62,078 bases of DNA from a virus (taxonomy: Duplodnaviria > Caudoviricetes), in the IMG/VR virus record IMGVR_UViG_3300045425_000063, positions 1 to 62,078 of that record. The stretch is one strand, 5' to 3'. The notes under the pieces are model-generated. The model saw nothing but the letters and a program-made list of their open reading frames with translations. It made no database searches and had not been told where the DNA came from. A program made the translations under genes and the position numbers. Position 1 is the first letter of the stretch. Each line of letters opens with the position of its first letter. Shown here one piece after another: positions 1 to 8,952 of this stretch.

Positions 1-1
1 T

Positions 2-172
2 CACAGAGAAGACTGGAACGCACCGATACATAACATTCTCAAGGCAATAGATAATCACACTCACGAGTACTTCAGGAGTGGTGATGAATGGCATCTAAAT
101 AAGGCACAAGAACTCAGAAAATATGTTGCTGAGTTGAAGGAATGGATACACCAAACCGAAGGACGATTATGA
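2..172 (+). CDS. hypothetical cyanophage protein, 5'-truncated by window
   Basis: Open frame read by eye: HREDWNAPIHNILKAIDNH...IHQTEGRL*; stop overlaps the next ATG (ATGA). Confidence 0.7.
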   Translation, partial: HREDWNAPIHNILKAIDNHTHEYFRSGDEWHLNKAQELRKYVAELKEWIHQTEGRL

Positions 173-462
173 AATTCAAATATCCAACACTTGATAATAT
201 AGTTCCTGTGATGGTTGCATTTGTAGCAGCAGCAATTGTTGGAATGACTTTCACAAATTATGTAATATGTAATTTCAAGGTAATGACTAGTTTACATTAT
301 CTGTATCTTGTAAAGGCATTTGATAAAAGTGGAGCAAAACCTCCAAGTAAATGTGACGATAATACATCAGAATCAATTCAAGTTTTGATGTCTCTTCTGG
401 CAACTATTATTGCTTTGAAGGCAAATTTAAATAAAAAACCTGAAGAAAAAGAAAATGACTGA
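169..462 (+). CDS. hypothetical membrane protein
   Basis: ORF track 142..462; start at 169 preferred because of ATGA coupling; two hydrophobic segments. Confidence 0.65.
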   Translation: MKFKYPTLDNIVPVMVAFVAAAIVGMTFTNYVICNFKVMTSLHYLYLVKAFDKSGAKPPSKCDDNTSESIQVLMSLLATIIALKANLNKKPEEKEND

Positions 463-565
463 CCCAGTATGGAGTGTAAATATACTATTAGGTATTGGAC
501 TTGCCGGTGCTGCTTATATCATTTACTATATACTTAAATTAGCATACGACGAAGATAATGTATAA
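455..565 (+). CDS. small (36 aa) single-TM protein
   Basis: MTDPVWSVNILLGIGLAGAAYIIYYILKLAYDEDNV*, overlaps both neighbours; below ORF-track cutoff. Confidence 0.6.
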   Translation: MTDPVWSVNILLGIGLAGAAYIIYYILKLAYDEDNV

Positions 566-899
566 CTATAGAATCAAGAAGATAGAAAGAATTGTTGATG
601 GTGACACATTAGATGTTTCAATAGATTTGGGATTCAATCTTACAACTGTTCAAAGAGTTCGTCTCAAAGGTATTAATGCAGCAGAAACAAGAACCAAAGA
701 CCTTAAAGAAAAAGCAGAAGGTCTTGCGACAAAAGAGTGGTTAAAAAAAGAACTGTCCCGAGAAGGTGAATGGGTAATTGAAACTTTCAAAGAAGATAAG
801 TATGGAAGGATACTCGGCACTCTTTATTTTGTGGGAGATCCAGTTACGGTGAATGAGAGAATGATAAATGAAGGAATAGCAAAACCTTTTATGGTGTAG
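558..899 (+). CDS. thermonuclease (SNase-like) family nuclease
   Basis: RIVDGDT, RVRLKGINAAE and DKYGRILG motifs. Confidence 0.85.
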   Translation: MYNYRIKKIERIVDGDTLDVSIDLGFNLTTVQRVRLKGINAAETRTKDLKEKAEGLATKEWLKKELSREGEWVIETFKEDKYGRILGTLYFVGDPVTVNERMINEGIAKPFMV

Positions 900-1506
900 A
901 CCAAAGTTTTCCTTCTGCTTTTCTCCTTCTTAATAATCCTGCTTCAACATTAGTTCCAGGATTACGATAGAGTTTAAGTGCTTCCGGAACTTTATCCCAT
1001 TCCTTATTCTTTAGGACTCTTGTAATAGTATTGAAGTCAGGATTACCATAAAAATCTGCACCGAGATTATAAGCAAAGCAAAGTAGAGCCCCTTTTTGAC
1101 TGTCATTCATTTCACTCCAGTAAGGTATTTTTTGGAGAGCAGGAATAAACTCACGGCGAAGTTGATAGTAGAACAAATCATCTGCTTCTTCTTGAGTAAT
1201 TTTATTCCCAATCATAAATCGGGTTCCATCCTTTCTACGAGTGCTTCCCCATCCAATCGTGATGGGCAAACCACCTGTAAGAGGATCATAATATGCTTTG
1301 AGATGACATTTTTCAAATTCCTTGATAAGGGCAATACCTTGAAGTGGTAGTCCATCAAGTGTTGGTTCTATCTTTTGATTTCTATAAATCCTAGCAAACT
1401 CATCCAAGATTTCTTTGTGAACTGATGCCTGAAGAAATGCCCAGGCACGATTTTGATGCTCTAGGTCTTTATGGTTCTCTACGGCATCTATGAATTTTAT
1501 AGTCAT
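889..1506 (-). CDS. phage lysozyme (GH24) with N-terminal extension
   Basis: LIKEFE..LKAYYD...ITIGWG catalytic region, FAYNLG, GLLRRRKAE; start at 1506 couples with upstream stop. Confidence 0.85.
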   Translation of the reverse strand: MTIKFIDAVENHKDLEHQNRAWAFLQASVHKEILDEFARIYRNQKIEPTLDGLPLQGIALIKEFEKCHLKAYYDPLTGGLPITIGWGSTRRKDGTRFMIGNKITQEEADDLFYYQLRREFIPALQKIPYWSEMNDSQKGALLCFAYNLGADFYGNPDFNTITRVLKNKEWDKVPEALKLYRNPGTNVEAGLLRRRKAEGKLWSTP

Positions 1507-2195
1507 TTGAAAATCCTCCCCCAACCAGTCTTATCTTTTCCTTTCGTCAACCAACGATAAGTTAGGTCTGACTTCTTATATACGGCACCTTTACCATTCG
1601 TGACTGCTCCTGTGTATCCATCGTTCAGAGAACCATAAGGGTCATTAACCGCATAGTCATCACCTTTCTTACCAATCACTACAACCATATGCCCGCCAGT
1701 AGGAGAAGATAAAGTGCCACGATGGAGTATGCCAATAACAACGGGTCTCCCAGCAGACAACTCACGATCAAGGTCAGCAAACCCAAGATTATACCTAAAC
1801 TCAGACTTAACTCCGTAAGAAGCAAGAACTTTGGTCTGAACTGAGTGGTCAGTTGTATCACCGACTGCGAATACTTTCTGAACATAAGCATCATCACCTT
1901 TTGCTCCTACTAAAGTTCCCGGTTTAAAATACTCAAGACACATAGCACAGGAAGAACTATTACAAGTACGATTAGCGTCTCGATAATTATCTGTTTGAGG
2001 ATAGTAGGGAACATTTAGAATTCCTGGAATTACTACTTCTACTTTTGTTCTATAAATCTTCACCCAATTAGCAGTATCTTCCATCAGGTCTGGAGATTTA
2101 CTTACCAAATCAACCTCAAGTTGCTCTACTGCCGCAACGTGCTTTGGGTTCTTTGGATCGTAAAATTGAAAAAAGTTGTGAAGATCTATTCTCAT
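1503..2195 (-). CDS. C39-like cysteine peptidase with N-terminal extension
   Basis: VPYYPQ..N, TCNSSSCAM (Cys), GHMVVVIG (His), VNDPYG (Asp). Confidence 0.8.
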   Translation of the reverse strand: MRIDLHNFFQFYDPKNPKHVAAVEQLEVDLVSKSPDLMEDTANWVKIYRTKVEVVIPGILNVPYYPQTDNYRDANRTCNSSSCAMCLEYFKPGTLVGAKGDDAYVQKVFAVGDTTDHSVQTKVLASYGVKSEFRYNLGFADLDRELSAGRPVVIGILHRGTLSSPTGGHMVVVIGKKGDDYAVNDPYGSLNDGYTGAVTNGKGAVYKKSDLTYRWLTKGKDKTGWGRIFK

Positions 2196-2225
2196 TATTC
2201 GCTCTCATATATCATAATTTATTTA

Positions 2226-2387
2226 TTAACGGGAATACTCATTAATCTTATCCAATACCATATTTAAGTATTGGTCCGCAAGTGCTTTTGGGTCTGAAGT
2301 ATATCCAATATGTTCAGTCTGAAGTTTCTGCTTCAACTTCAGAACCTGATACTTCATTTCTTCCTTAGTCAATTGTCCTCTGGGCAT
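2226..2387 (-). CDS. hypothetical protein (53 aa)
   Basis: MPRGQLTKEEMKYQVLKLKQKL...VLDKINEYSR*; preceded by a late-promoter-like CTAAATA. Confidence 0.65.
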   Translation of the reverse strand: MPRGQLTKEEMKYQVLKLKQKLQTEHIGYTSDPKALADQYLNMVLDKINEYSR

Positions 2388-2390
2388 ACA

Positions 2391-2425
2391 AAAAATCCTT
2401 CTTTCCGTATTTAGAGAGAAGGATT
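2391..2425 (-). terminator. intrinsic terminator with late-promoter motif in the loop
   Basis: Minus strand AATCCTTCT-CTCTAAATACGGAA-AGAAGGATT followed by T run. Confidence 0.6.
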
Positions 2426-2432
2426 GATATTG

Positions 2433-2519
2433 CTATTTTTTATTTGAGAGTTTCAATACATTTAGTAGTATTGCCGATATGAATACTCCACAAAATATTG
2501 AGAGAATATCAGAAGTCAA
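2433..2519 (-). CDS. possible 28-aa membrane peptide (TTG start)
   Basis: LTSDILSIFCGVFISAILLNVLKLSNKK*; GGAG upstream; overlaps hli stop. Confidence 0.35.
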   Translation of the reverse strand: MTSDILSIFCGVFISAILLNVLKLSNKK

Positions 2520-2635
2520 AACACTCCTGGAAGAATTTGCCCGGTGGTAAGATAAGTACCCACGGCAATTACGAAGCCCAACATCGCAAGTCTTCCGTTT
2601 AAAATTTCTGCCTCAGGCGTAAATCCAAATTTCAT
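2516..2635 (-). CDS. hli: high-light-inducible protein
   Basis: MKFGFTPEAEILNGRLAMLGFVIAVGTYLTTGQILPGVF*; ExxNGRxAMxG chlorophyll-binding motif; AAGGAG upstream. Confidence 0.9.
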   Translation of the reverse strand: MKFGFTPEAEILNGRLAMLGFVIAVGTYLTTGQILPGVF

Positions 2636-2646
2636 TTTGTTTCTCC

Positions 2647-2733
2647 TTAGTAAGTGTCGGAAAGTTGATTGATAGAGTGTGCCAGGAGCACAAGGAAAGC
2701 AATAATCGTTACGGTAAAAATGAGTTCGTTCAT
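2647..2733 (-). CDS. small (28 aa) membrane peptide
   Basis: MNELIFTVTIIAFLVLLAHSINQLSDTY*; TGATG coupling with upstream hli. Confidence 0.55.
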   Translation of the reverse strand: MNELIFTVTIIAFLVLLAHSINQLSDTY

Positions 2734-2942
2734 CAGATTACACCAAAGAAGAGGTGTCCGGTGAGCGCATAAGAAACAACTGCGGCAACAAATCCTAGCA
2801 TAGCAAATCTTGAATTTGCTTTTTCTGCCCTTTCGGCATAAGTCTCAAGTGCATAACGCTCTGCATCGGTTGGAGACACATACATTTCAGGTTCCTTTGC
2901 GAACAGGTTTTGTTGCCCGTGCTCATTGGTCGTAACGGTCAT
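2733..2942 (-). CDS. hli: high-light-inducible protein (long form)
   Basis: QQNLFAKEP N-terminal motif and AEKANSRFAMLGF. Confidence 0.9.
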   Translation of the reverse strand: MTVTTNEHGQQNLFAKEPEMYVSPTDAERYALETYAERAEKANSRFAMLGFVAAVVSYALTGHLFFGVI

Positions 2943-2966
2943 TGTAGTTGTATTAAGAACTATGTC

Positions 2967-2995
2967 ATTATATAGGAAACCAAAAGAAAAGTCAA
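2967..2995 (-). promoter_or_regulatory. sigma70-type promoter for hli cluster
   Basis: TTGACT-17nt-TATAAT. Confidence 0.75.
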
Positions 2996-3023
2996 GGATA
3001 TCTTGACTTAACTTTGTTAGGTT

Positions 3024-3986
3024 TTACTGACTAATGCGCTTCACAGCAATTCTTGATTTGTTGAGAATGCTACCGGCAAGGGGAATATAACCCAAGTCAT
3101 CAGCAATCATTTGTGCCTTAGAACTCAGAGCATAATTGAGTGCCTTTTGAATGTCACCAGTCTTTGCACCATTTCCAGTCTTATAGGCAAGAATCCAAGT
3201 CAGAGTAGAGATAGGATAAGCACCAGAGGCAGAAGGATTAGGATTTTCTCCGGCAAGATTACTATCAAGAGTAATACTGTTCAGAGCAATAGCACCAGAC
3301 TTAGCAGTAGGAAGAACAAACTGCCCTGCCTTATTTTGAACTGCTGCTGTCTGAAGTTTATTTGCTTTCACAAATCCAGTATTCACATAACCAATAGAAC
3401 CAGGAGTGGTCTTAAGAGTACCAGAAACACCTTCGTTTCCTTTACCACCAATACCAACAGGCCATTTTACTGACTTACCAACTCCAGGTTTCCAACCACC
3501 AAAAGCATCCAGAGAATTAGTAAATGCAAAAGTAGTTCCAGAACCATCAGAACGATGAACCACAATAATAGGTCCAGCAGCACATCCAAGTGCCTTCCAG
3601 TTCTTGATGGTTCCAGAAAACACATCTACAGTTTGCTTCTGAGTGAGTTTCAGAGTGCATCCAGGTTTGTTATAAGCAACGGCAATAGTTCCACCCACCA
3701 TAGGGATTTGAACAACGCCACGCTTAACTTTACTTGCCTCTTTTGACGAAATAGGTTCATCAGAGGCGCCGAAATCGACAGTTCCTGCAATATATTGACG
3801 GACACCGGAACCAGAACCAACTGACTGATAATTCACACGATTGCCAGTTTCAGTAGCATAACCTTGGAACCATCGTTGGTAAATAGGTGCTGGAAAGGTG
3901 GCACCAGCACCATTCAAAGCAGGTCCAGCAAGAGCGGCAACAGGAGCAGCAACCAGACCAACAGCAATAAGATTTTTGAGTTTCAT
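3024..3986 (-). CDS. pstS: phosphate ABC transporter substrate-binding protein
   Basis: Signal peptide, GAGATFP, YQSVGSGSG, DFGASD, HRSDGSGTT. Confidence 0.95.
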   Translation of the reverse strand: MKLKNLIAVGLVAAPVAALAGPALNGAGATFPAPIYQRWFQGYATETGNRVNYQSVGSGSGVRQYIAGTVDFGASDEPISSKEASKVKRGVVQIPMVGGTIAVAYNKPGCTLKLTQKQTVDVFSGTIKNWKALGCAAGPIIVVHRSDGSGTTFAFTNSLDAFGGWKPGVGKSVKWPVGIGGKGNEGVSGTLKTTPGSIGYVNTGFVKANKLQTAAVQNKAGQFVLPTAKSGAIALNSITLDSNLAGENPNPSASGAYPISTLTWILAYKTGNGAKTGDIQKALNYALSSKAQMIADDLGYIPLAGSILNKSRIAVKRISQ

Positions 3987-4025
3987 AAAAAGTGAATAAC
4001 TACAAAGTAATTGTAATATGAGAAA

Positions 4026-4054
4026 GAACTAAAGTCCACTAAGATTTGGTTAAG
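4026..4054 (-). promoter_or_regulatory. putative Pho box upstream of pstS
   Basis: CTTAACCA-aat-CTTAGTGG-ac-TTTAGTTC; 10-11 nt repeats resembling cyanobacterial PyTTAAPyPy. Confidence 0.5.
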
Positions 4055-4056
4055 AC

Positions 4057-4085
4057 AAAAAAAGCACCCAAAGAATGGGTGCTTT
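4057..4085 (-). terminator. intrinsic terminator after porin
   Basis: AAAGCACCCA-ttct-TTGGGTGCTTT plus T run. Confidence 0.75.
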
Positions 4086-4107
4086 CACTCATATTATGAG
4101 TTGTTTA

Positions 4108-5589
4108 TCAGAATGTGAACTTGGTCTGAACCACTCCACCCCAAGCAGATTCATTTTGGAATCTTTGGTTGTTGCTCACATAGAAGAGAGCAGGAGTGAT
4201 GCTGATGTTATCGGTTACTTGGAACTTATAGAAGACCTCAAGCATTGAGGCATCATCAGAAATGTTTTCCGAGTTTCCAGGTTGACCCACAGCAATACCA
4301 GCAGAGTTGCCTTTGGCAAATACATCAGACCACTGAAGACCGACATACCAGGAATCGGAATCGGTGGCACCAGTTTTAGAACCTTTACCACTTACACCAT
4401 TATAACCATAACCTGCCGAGATAGAAGGAATGAACCCACTCTGGGAAGGTTGCCAATAAGCACTCAGAGCAATGCTGTTGCTTTCTTGACCTGCTACAAG
4501 GGCACCAGAACCACCTATGGGGGCGTTGAAGGTGCGTACACGAGAACCCTCAGTACCATAACGGTAACCGACTGCAGCACCCCACTGAGGGGCACGATAA
4601 CCTACCTGAGCAAGGAAGTTCAGAGCACCATCAGAATTGAAGACTCCAGTTTCGGTACTATCACCATCTTGAGCAACATAGTTCAGACCAGCAATGAAAC
4701 CACCCTGACCTTTTTGGGTGGGTTGCTTCCACTGAGCACCAAAACCAGCACCAGTTGCCTTGTTATAGACACCAGGAGCACCGGCAAGTTGGAAGAAGTC
4801 CAAGATTTCCGACTTATAAGCAGTGGGAACCCAGGTCATCTCAGTGTTACGAACCAGAGGACCAGCAGTTAGAGTAATACTCTTAGTGACTGGGAACTGA
4901 TAGTAAAGGCGGTCAATAGTTACTTGATCAGCAAGAGATTCTGCCTTATCAAGTTTGAACAAAGAAGAACTGGAACCAAAAGGATCGGAACCGAAGTTAC
5001 CAGAACGAAGACGAGTACGGAGCAGGTCCTTACCAGTAAACGAGGTATCAAAGTTCAGACGCAGATCATAGTTGAATGCGGTGTTACCCACATCACCACC
5101 TTTGTTGGTTTTCAGACCAGGAACACCACCAAGAATAAAGTTTGCCTCACCCTTGAGTTTAGTAGTGGTAGAGAATTGTGTTGCTTCCAAGTTTCCAACA
5201 CGATTATCTAGACCATCTACACGACCCTTGAGTACGGTAAGTTCACTCCTGAATTCGTTCAGCAGTCGTTGAAGTTCATCTGTAGTTTCAGTTACACGAT
5301 CCAGGCAGGCATTCAGCAGTGCTGCTGCTTCAAAGCGGGTCATTGCCTGACCACCTTTGTATGTGCCATTAGGATAACCAGCAACGCAACCATAACGGTC
5401 TACGAGGTTGGTAAGTGCCTGATATGCCCAATCAGTAGGTTGGACATCAGAGAATTGAGTAATACTTGTGACCTGTGCTGCCGAAGCATACTTATTGACA
5501 TCCTCAGTATTGAGTTCTGCAGCATTCACCGCAGGAGCAACAAGACCCAGAGCAACAGGGACGAGCATTAGTTTTTTAAGAAAATTCAT
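4108..5589 (-). CDS. cyanobacterial SLH-domain outer-membrane porin (Som/OprB-like)
   Basis: Signal peptide, SLH (FSDVQPTDWAYQAL...TRFEAA), coiled coil, FSTTTKLKG barrel start, C-terminal Phe. Confidence 0.9.
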   Translation of the reverse strand: MNFLKKLMLVPVALGLVAPAVNAAELNTEDVNKYASAAQVTSITQFSDVQPTDWAYQALTNLVDRYGCVAGYPNGTYKGGQAMTRFEAAALLNACLDRVTETTDELQRLLNEFRSELTVLKGRVDGLDNRVGNLEATQFSTTTKLKGEANFILGGVPGLKTNKGGDVGNTAFNYDLRLNFDTSFTGKDLLRTRLRSGNFGSDPFGSSSSLFKLDKAESLADQVTIDRLYYQFPVTKSITLTAGPLVRNTEMTWVPTAYKSEILDFFQLAGAPGVYNKATGAGFGAQWKQPTQKGQGGFIAGLNYVAQDGDSTETGVFNSDGALNFLAQVGYRAPQWGAAVGYRYGTEGSRVRTFNAPIGGSGALVAGQESNSIALSAYWQPSQSGFIPSISAGYGYNGVSGKGSKTGATDSDSWYVGLQWSDVFAKGNSAGIAVGQPGNSENISDDASMLEVFYKFQVTDNISITPALFYVSNNQRFQNESAWGGVVQTKFTF

Positions 5590-5651
5590 AAATGTGTTTT
5601 AAATTAAACTACAAGTGTTAAGAAATCTTACTGGATTTCTTGAACGTATTT

Positions 5652-5680
5652 AGTATAGAGCAATGCTTGGTGTTTGTCAA
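5652..5680 (-). promoter_or_regulatory. sigma70-type promoter for porin
   Basis: TTGACA-17nt-TATACT, immediately followed by CTAAATA. Confidence 0.7.
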
Positions 5681-6465
5681 GCGTTTGATTCTGGTTGAGT
5701 AATCCGATTTAAATATGGGTCATATGTCATCATCTGATCAATACTAAATTCAGATCCACTAGTTTGCCAGAAGTTCATCAGACCATCATGACTATTTTTG
5801 TGAAATATTTCTATGTGTTCAGGATGAATAGCAGATCCCATATCTAGACGATATAGAAAAATGGGAACGCTATAGGTTTTTCCAGATTCAAAAATAAGAT
5901 CTTCAGAAACTGCTCTAGGTTTTACTCCATTATCAAGTTTATATTTTTCACCTCTAATGTGGTGCTTAATAATTTTTCCCGCATGATGCCTAGTAATAAG
6001 ATATGCTGCTGCAGAAAAATCATTAACAAATCTCACATGAAGATTTACATGAATATTACCAGTACAAATAGTAGTTAATTGTACAGAATCCCAGTCATAA
6101 GGAAGTTTAGATACAAAATCATTCCAAGTAAAATTCCAGTGCTTAACGGGGTCAAAACTTACATCATCTTCTAAAATAAGAACATATGGGTGAGTAGTCT
6201 CTTCATAAAAATGTTTAATTGCTTTCAAATGAGAAAGAACGCACCCAACTTCATTTTGAGACATGTTATCAGGGATCCTTCCTTTTAAATATGAAGCAAC
6301 ATCATCGTCCCTTCCATCATATCCTGAGATTCTATGATGATTATTAATTTCCCAATAATTAAAGTGATTTTCTATATACTCTCTTCTATGAGTATCAGAA
6401 TCTAAATTCAACCAATATATTGGAGGAATATTTTTAAGTTTAAATGTTGATTTATTTTTATCCAT
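5677..6465 (-). CDS. glycosyltransferase family 25
   Basis: IYWLNL..DTHRRE, EVGCVLSH, LILEDD, AAAYLIT motifs. Confidence 0.85.
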   Translation of the reverse strand: MDKNKSTFKLKNIPPIYWLNLDSDTHRREYIENHFNYWEINNHHRISGYDGRDDDVASYLKGRIPDNMSQNEVGCVLSHLKAIKHFYEETTHPYVLILEDDVSFDPVKHWNFTWNDFVSKLPYDWDSVQLTTICTGNIHVNLHVRFVNDFSAAAYLITRHHAGKIIKHHIRGEKYKLDNGVKPRAVSEDLIFESGKTYSVPIFLYRLDMGSAIHPEHIEIFHKNSHDGLMNFWQTSGSEFSIDQMMTYDPYLNRITQPESNA

Positions 6466-6473
6466 AAATTTAA

Positions 6474-8015
6474 TTATTGAAAATATTTAATAAGTTTTTC
6501 CCTATCACCTTTAATATAAGTAATACATTCCTTCAAATCTTCTGGGAGATAATTCCAAAGATTTTGCATTTCATTTGTCGCTGAATTTTTGTCGTAATTA
6601 GTCCCCCTTTCATGTTGAATTTGATGCGAATAATCTCTAATTACAGGTCTGCCCATAATGAAAGAAATACCATTCATGACAAGATCCCATCCCCACCCCA
6701 TTTTCATATTTTCATGAGTCATAATCTGCGATACCCCTCTCAGATAATAATCATCAATCACATCTCTATGAATAAACCAAACTGTTTCATCAGTACATGC
6801 AACCATTTTAATATTTTCATCCGCACAACTAATTCCATCAATATCAGTATTCTCCGAAGAATACCAAATATTAGTTATATCTGGCGCATATACTCCCCAT
6901 TCATAACTACTATAATATTTTCTAGCATCATTTACAAGATTTTCATAATTGTCATAAACAGTATCTCCTTGAACATGCATTAGAACTTTTTTATCATCAC
7001 CAAAAAGTTCTAATGCTTTTCGAAATTGAGATGTAAAATATGATTCTTCCCCAATATCGATCCACCCAGGACGTGTATTATTTTCGTCACTATTAATTAC
7101 AATAACATCATTAAAAATTTTTTTAAGAGAATCTTCGATAATACAGGTCTTTTCAAATTTATTTTTCCAATTAAAAATAAATGGTTGGATATCGGAAATT
7201 CGAATTTGTGAGAATTTATTATTCATATATCCGTTTTGAGATTTACTATCCAAATCTTGATATAAAATTTCTAGATTAGGATTTAAAATCCTTGCATAAT
7301 TGATAACATTAGAAGTTTTTCCAATAATAGTTTTACACTTTGATAGTGAAGTAGAATCAATTAATACTTGATCGCCTAAAGTAATTTTATCTTCAGAGCA
7401 ATAGTCACTAAAATGTAGAGCAATATCGCCAGTAGTTCTTATGTGATCGTGAGAAAAAATATTACTAAAATTAAAATTATCAAAAAAATATTTTTTAATT
7501 TTCTCAACTGGTTCATTTTCATCGCTAGTTATAAAAACTAAATTATAATAGTTTTTTTGAAATTCTTTTCCAGCAGAGTCCAATACTTTTTCTAAAGTAA
7601 CAAAGTCAGTATGTCCATTCTTCCTATTATCTGTACCCCTATAATGTATTCCTAAGCAATTTGAATAGTCTGTAGAATCTTCTTTAAGAAAATTTTTAAC
7701 TCTAGAATTTAAAGGAATGCAATTAATATAATCTACAAAATTTAATTCTTGATTTGTAGGCCAAATTGATAGATCAAAATTAAATTTACTATCATGAATT
7801 ATAAATTCAGACGTAACTTCATCATCTTCAATTATTTTTTTAGAATCAAACCATTGTTTGGGATTCCCATAAAGAGAAAACATTGTCGAAGATATAAAAA
7901 TATTTTCTGGATCAATATTTTCCCTACAAATAAGATATCGCAAAGAAGTTAGTATAGTGGTGTAATTTGAAAGAAATCCTCTAGGTCCATTTTCTACTAA
8001 TAAAATTTTTTTCAT
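6474..8015 (-). CDS. two-domain glycosyltransferase (NodZ/fucosyltransferase-like N-terminus plus GT-A-like C-terminus)
   Basis: LGIHYRGTD, VFITSD, LSKCKTIIGKTSN GDP-sugar motifs; second half has HVQGD and GWGWD. Confidence 0.6.
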   Translation of the reverse strand: MKKILLVENGPRGFLSNYTTILTSLRYLICRENIDPENIFISSTMFSLYGNPKQWFDSKKIIEDDEVTSEFIIHDSKFNFDLSIWPTNQELNFVDYINCIPLNSRVKNFLKEDSTDYSNCLGIHYRGTDNRKNGHTDFVTLEKVLDSAGKEFQKNYYNLVFITSDENEPVEKIKKYFFDNFNFSNIFSHDHIRTTGDIALHFSDYCSEDKITLGDQVLIDSTSLSKCKTIIGKTSNVINYARILNPNLEILYQDLDSKSQNGYMNNKFSQIRISDIQPFIFNWKNKFEKTCIIEDSLKKIFNDVIVINSDENNTRPGWIDIGEESYFTSQFRKALELFGDDKKVLMHVQGDTVYDNYENLVNDARKYYSSYEWGVYAPDITNIWYSSENTDIDGISCADENIKMVACTDETVWFIHRDVIDDYYLRGVSQIMTHENMKMGWGWDLVMNGISFIMGRPVIRDYSHQIQHERGTNYDKNSATNEMQNLWNYLPEDLKECITYIKGDREKLIKYFQ

Positions 8016-8019
8016 TTTT

Positions 8020-8952
8020 TCAAATTAATTCAGAAATAGATTGTGATAATTGATCAATGGTATTAAAATAATCAAAAATAAAGGTAGATTCTATATCATT
8101 ACCGTAAGGTAAGCAGTCAGTTTCTCTACTACCATATGCCAAAAACTTTTTACCTTTATCATTTATGTTTTCTTTAGTCAGAGTAAAGCAAAATGGACCA
8201 GAATTTCTTCCTACAATTAAATAACAAAATTTTGAAAGATATGATATTTCATTTAAATCACAAGAATCCAATCCAATAATATCATCAGTAAATTTTATAT
8301 TTTTAATTGATGTATTGAATTTTTTAGATGCTATAAAAATTTTAGTTGGGTACTGTACAGCTAGTGGTTCAATAATCTCGGACATATCAGAATTATATGT
8401 AGTTTGCCCAGACAATGCAGGTCCATTACAAATAAGAATTCTTTCTCCCTCATTTTCCACAATAAACTTATCTATGGCAGAACAATCCAATTTAGAATAA
8501 TCAACAAAAGGATAATAATCCCCCACAGATTTTATATTTAAATTTACATTAAATACATTATTAATTTCATTATAGATATTTGAGAACATTTTATGAAATC
8601 CCCTCAATGAACATTCACCATTATACTCATTGTCTGGGGAGAAATATCCACCAATCCAAGTATTAATATAAAAACAGTCTGGAGTATCTATAAATTTGGT
8701 ATGTTCTTTTCCAATTAATAGATTAACATGGTGCTCATGTCTTTTTCTCGTCTCTTCCAAAACATCTTGTGATTTTGCCCAAAATATAGGAATATTAATA
8801 TATTCCATATTCATATCACATGTCAAAACTTTATTATTAGGATGAGCAATATAATACTCAGTTTCAAGATTCGATATAATATCTTCCAAAAATGATTTTA
8901 TATGAAAAATATCTCCATTATGAAAATGGGAGAAAAAACAAATTGATTTCAT
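8020..8952 (-). CDS. hypothetical protein, possibly GT-B glycosyltransferase-like
   Basis: 310 aa; HNGDIFH near N-terminus and IVGRNSGP near C-terminus resemble GT9-like motifs; operon context. Confidence 0.45.
   Translation of the reverse strand: MKSICFFSHFHNGDIFHIKSFLEDIISNLETEYYIAHPNNKVLTCDMNMEYINIPIFWAKSQDVLEETRKRHEHHVNLLIGKEHTKFIDTPDCFYINTWIGGYFSPDNEYNGECSLRGFHKMFSNIYNEINNVFNVNLNIKSVGDYYPFVDYSKLDCSAIDKFIVENEGERILICNGPALSGQTTYNSDMSEIIEPLAVQYPTKIFIASKKFNTSIKNIKFTDDIIGLDSCDLNEISYLSKFCYLIVGRNSGPFCFTLTKENINDKGKKFLAYGSRETDCLPYGNDIESTFIFDYFNTIDQLSQSISELI

Noticed and set aside
3111-5571. Several long plus-strand ORFs over pstS and the porin
   Set aside because: Antisense frames of well-supported genes, with no recognisable motifs
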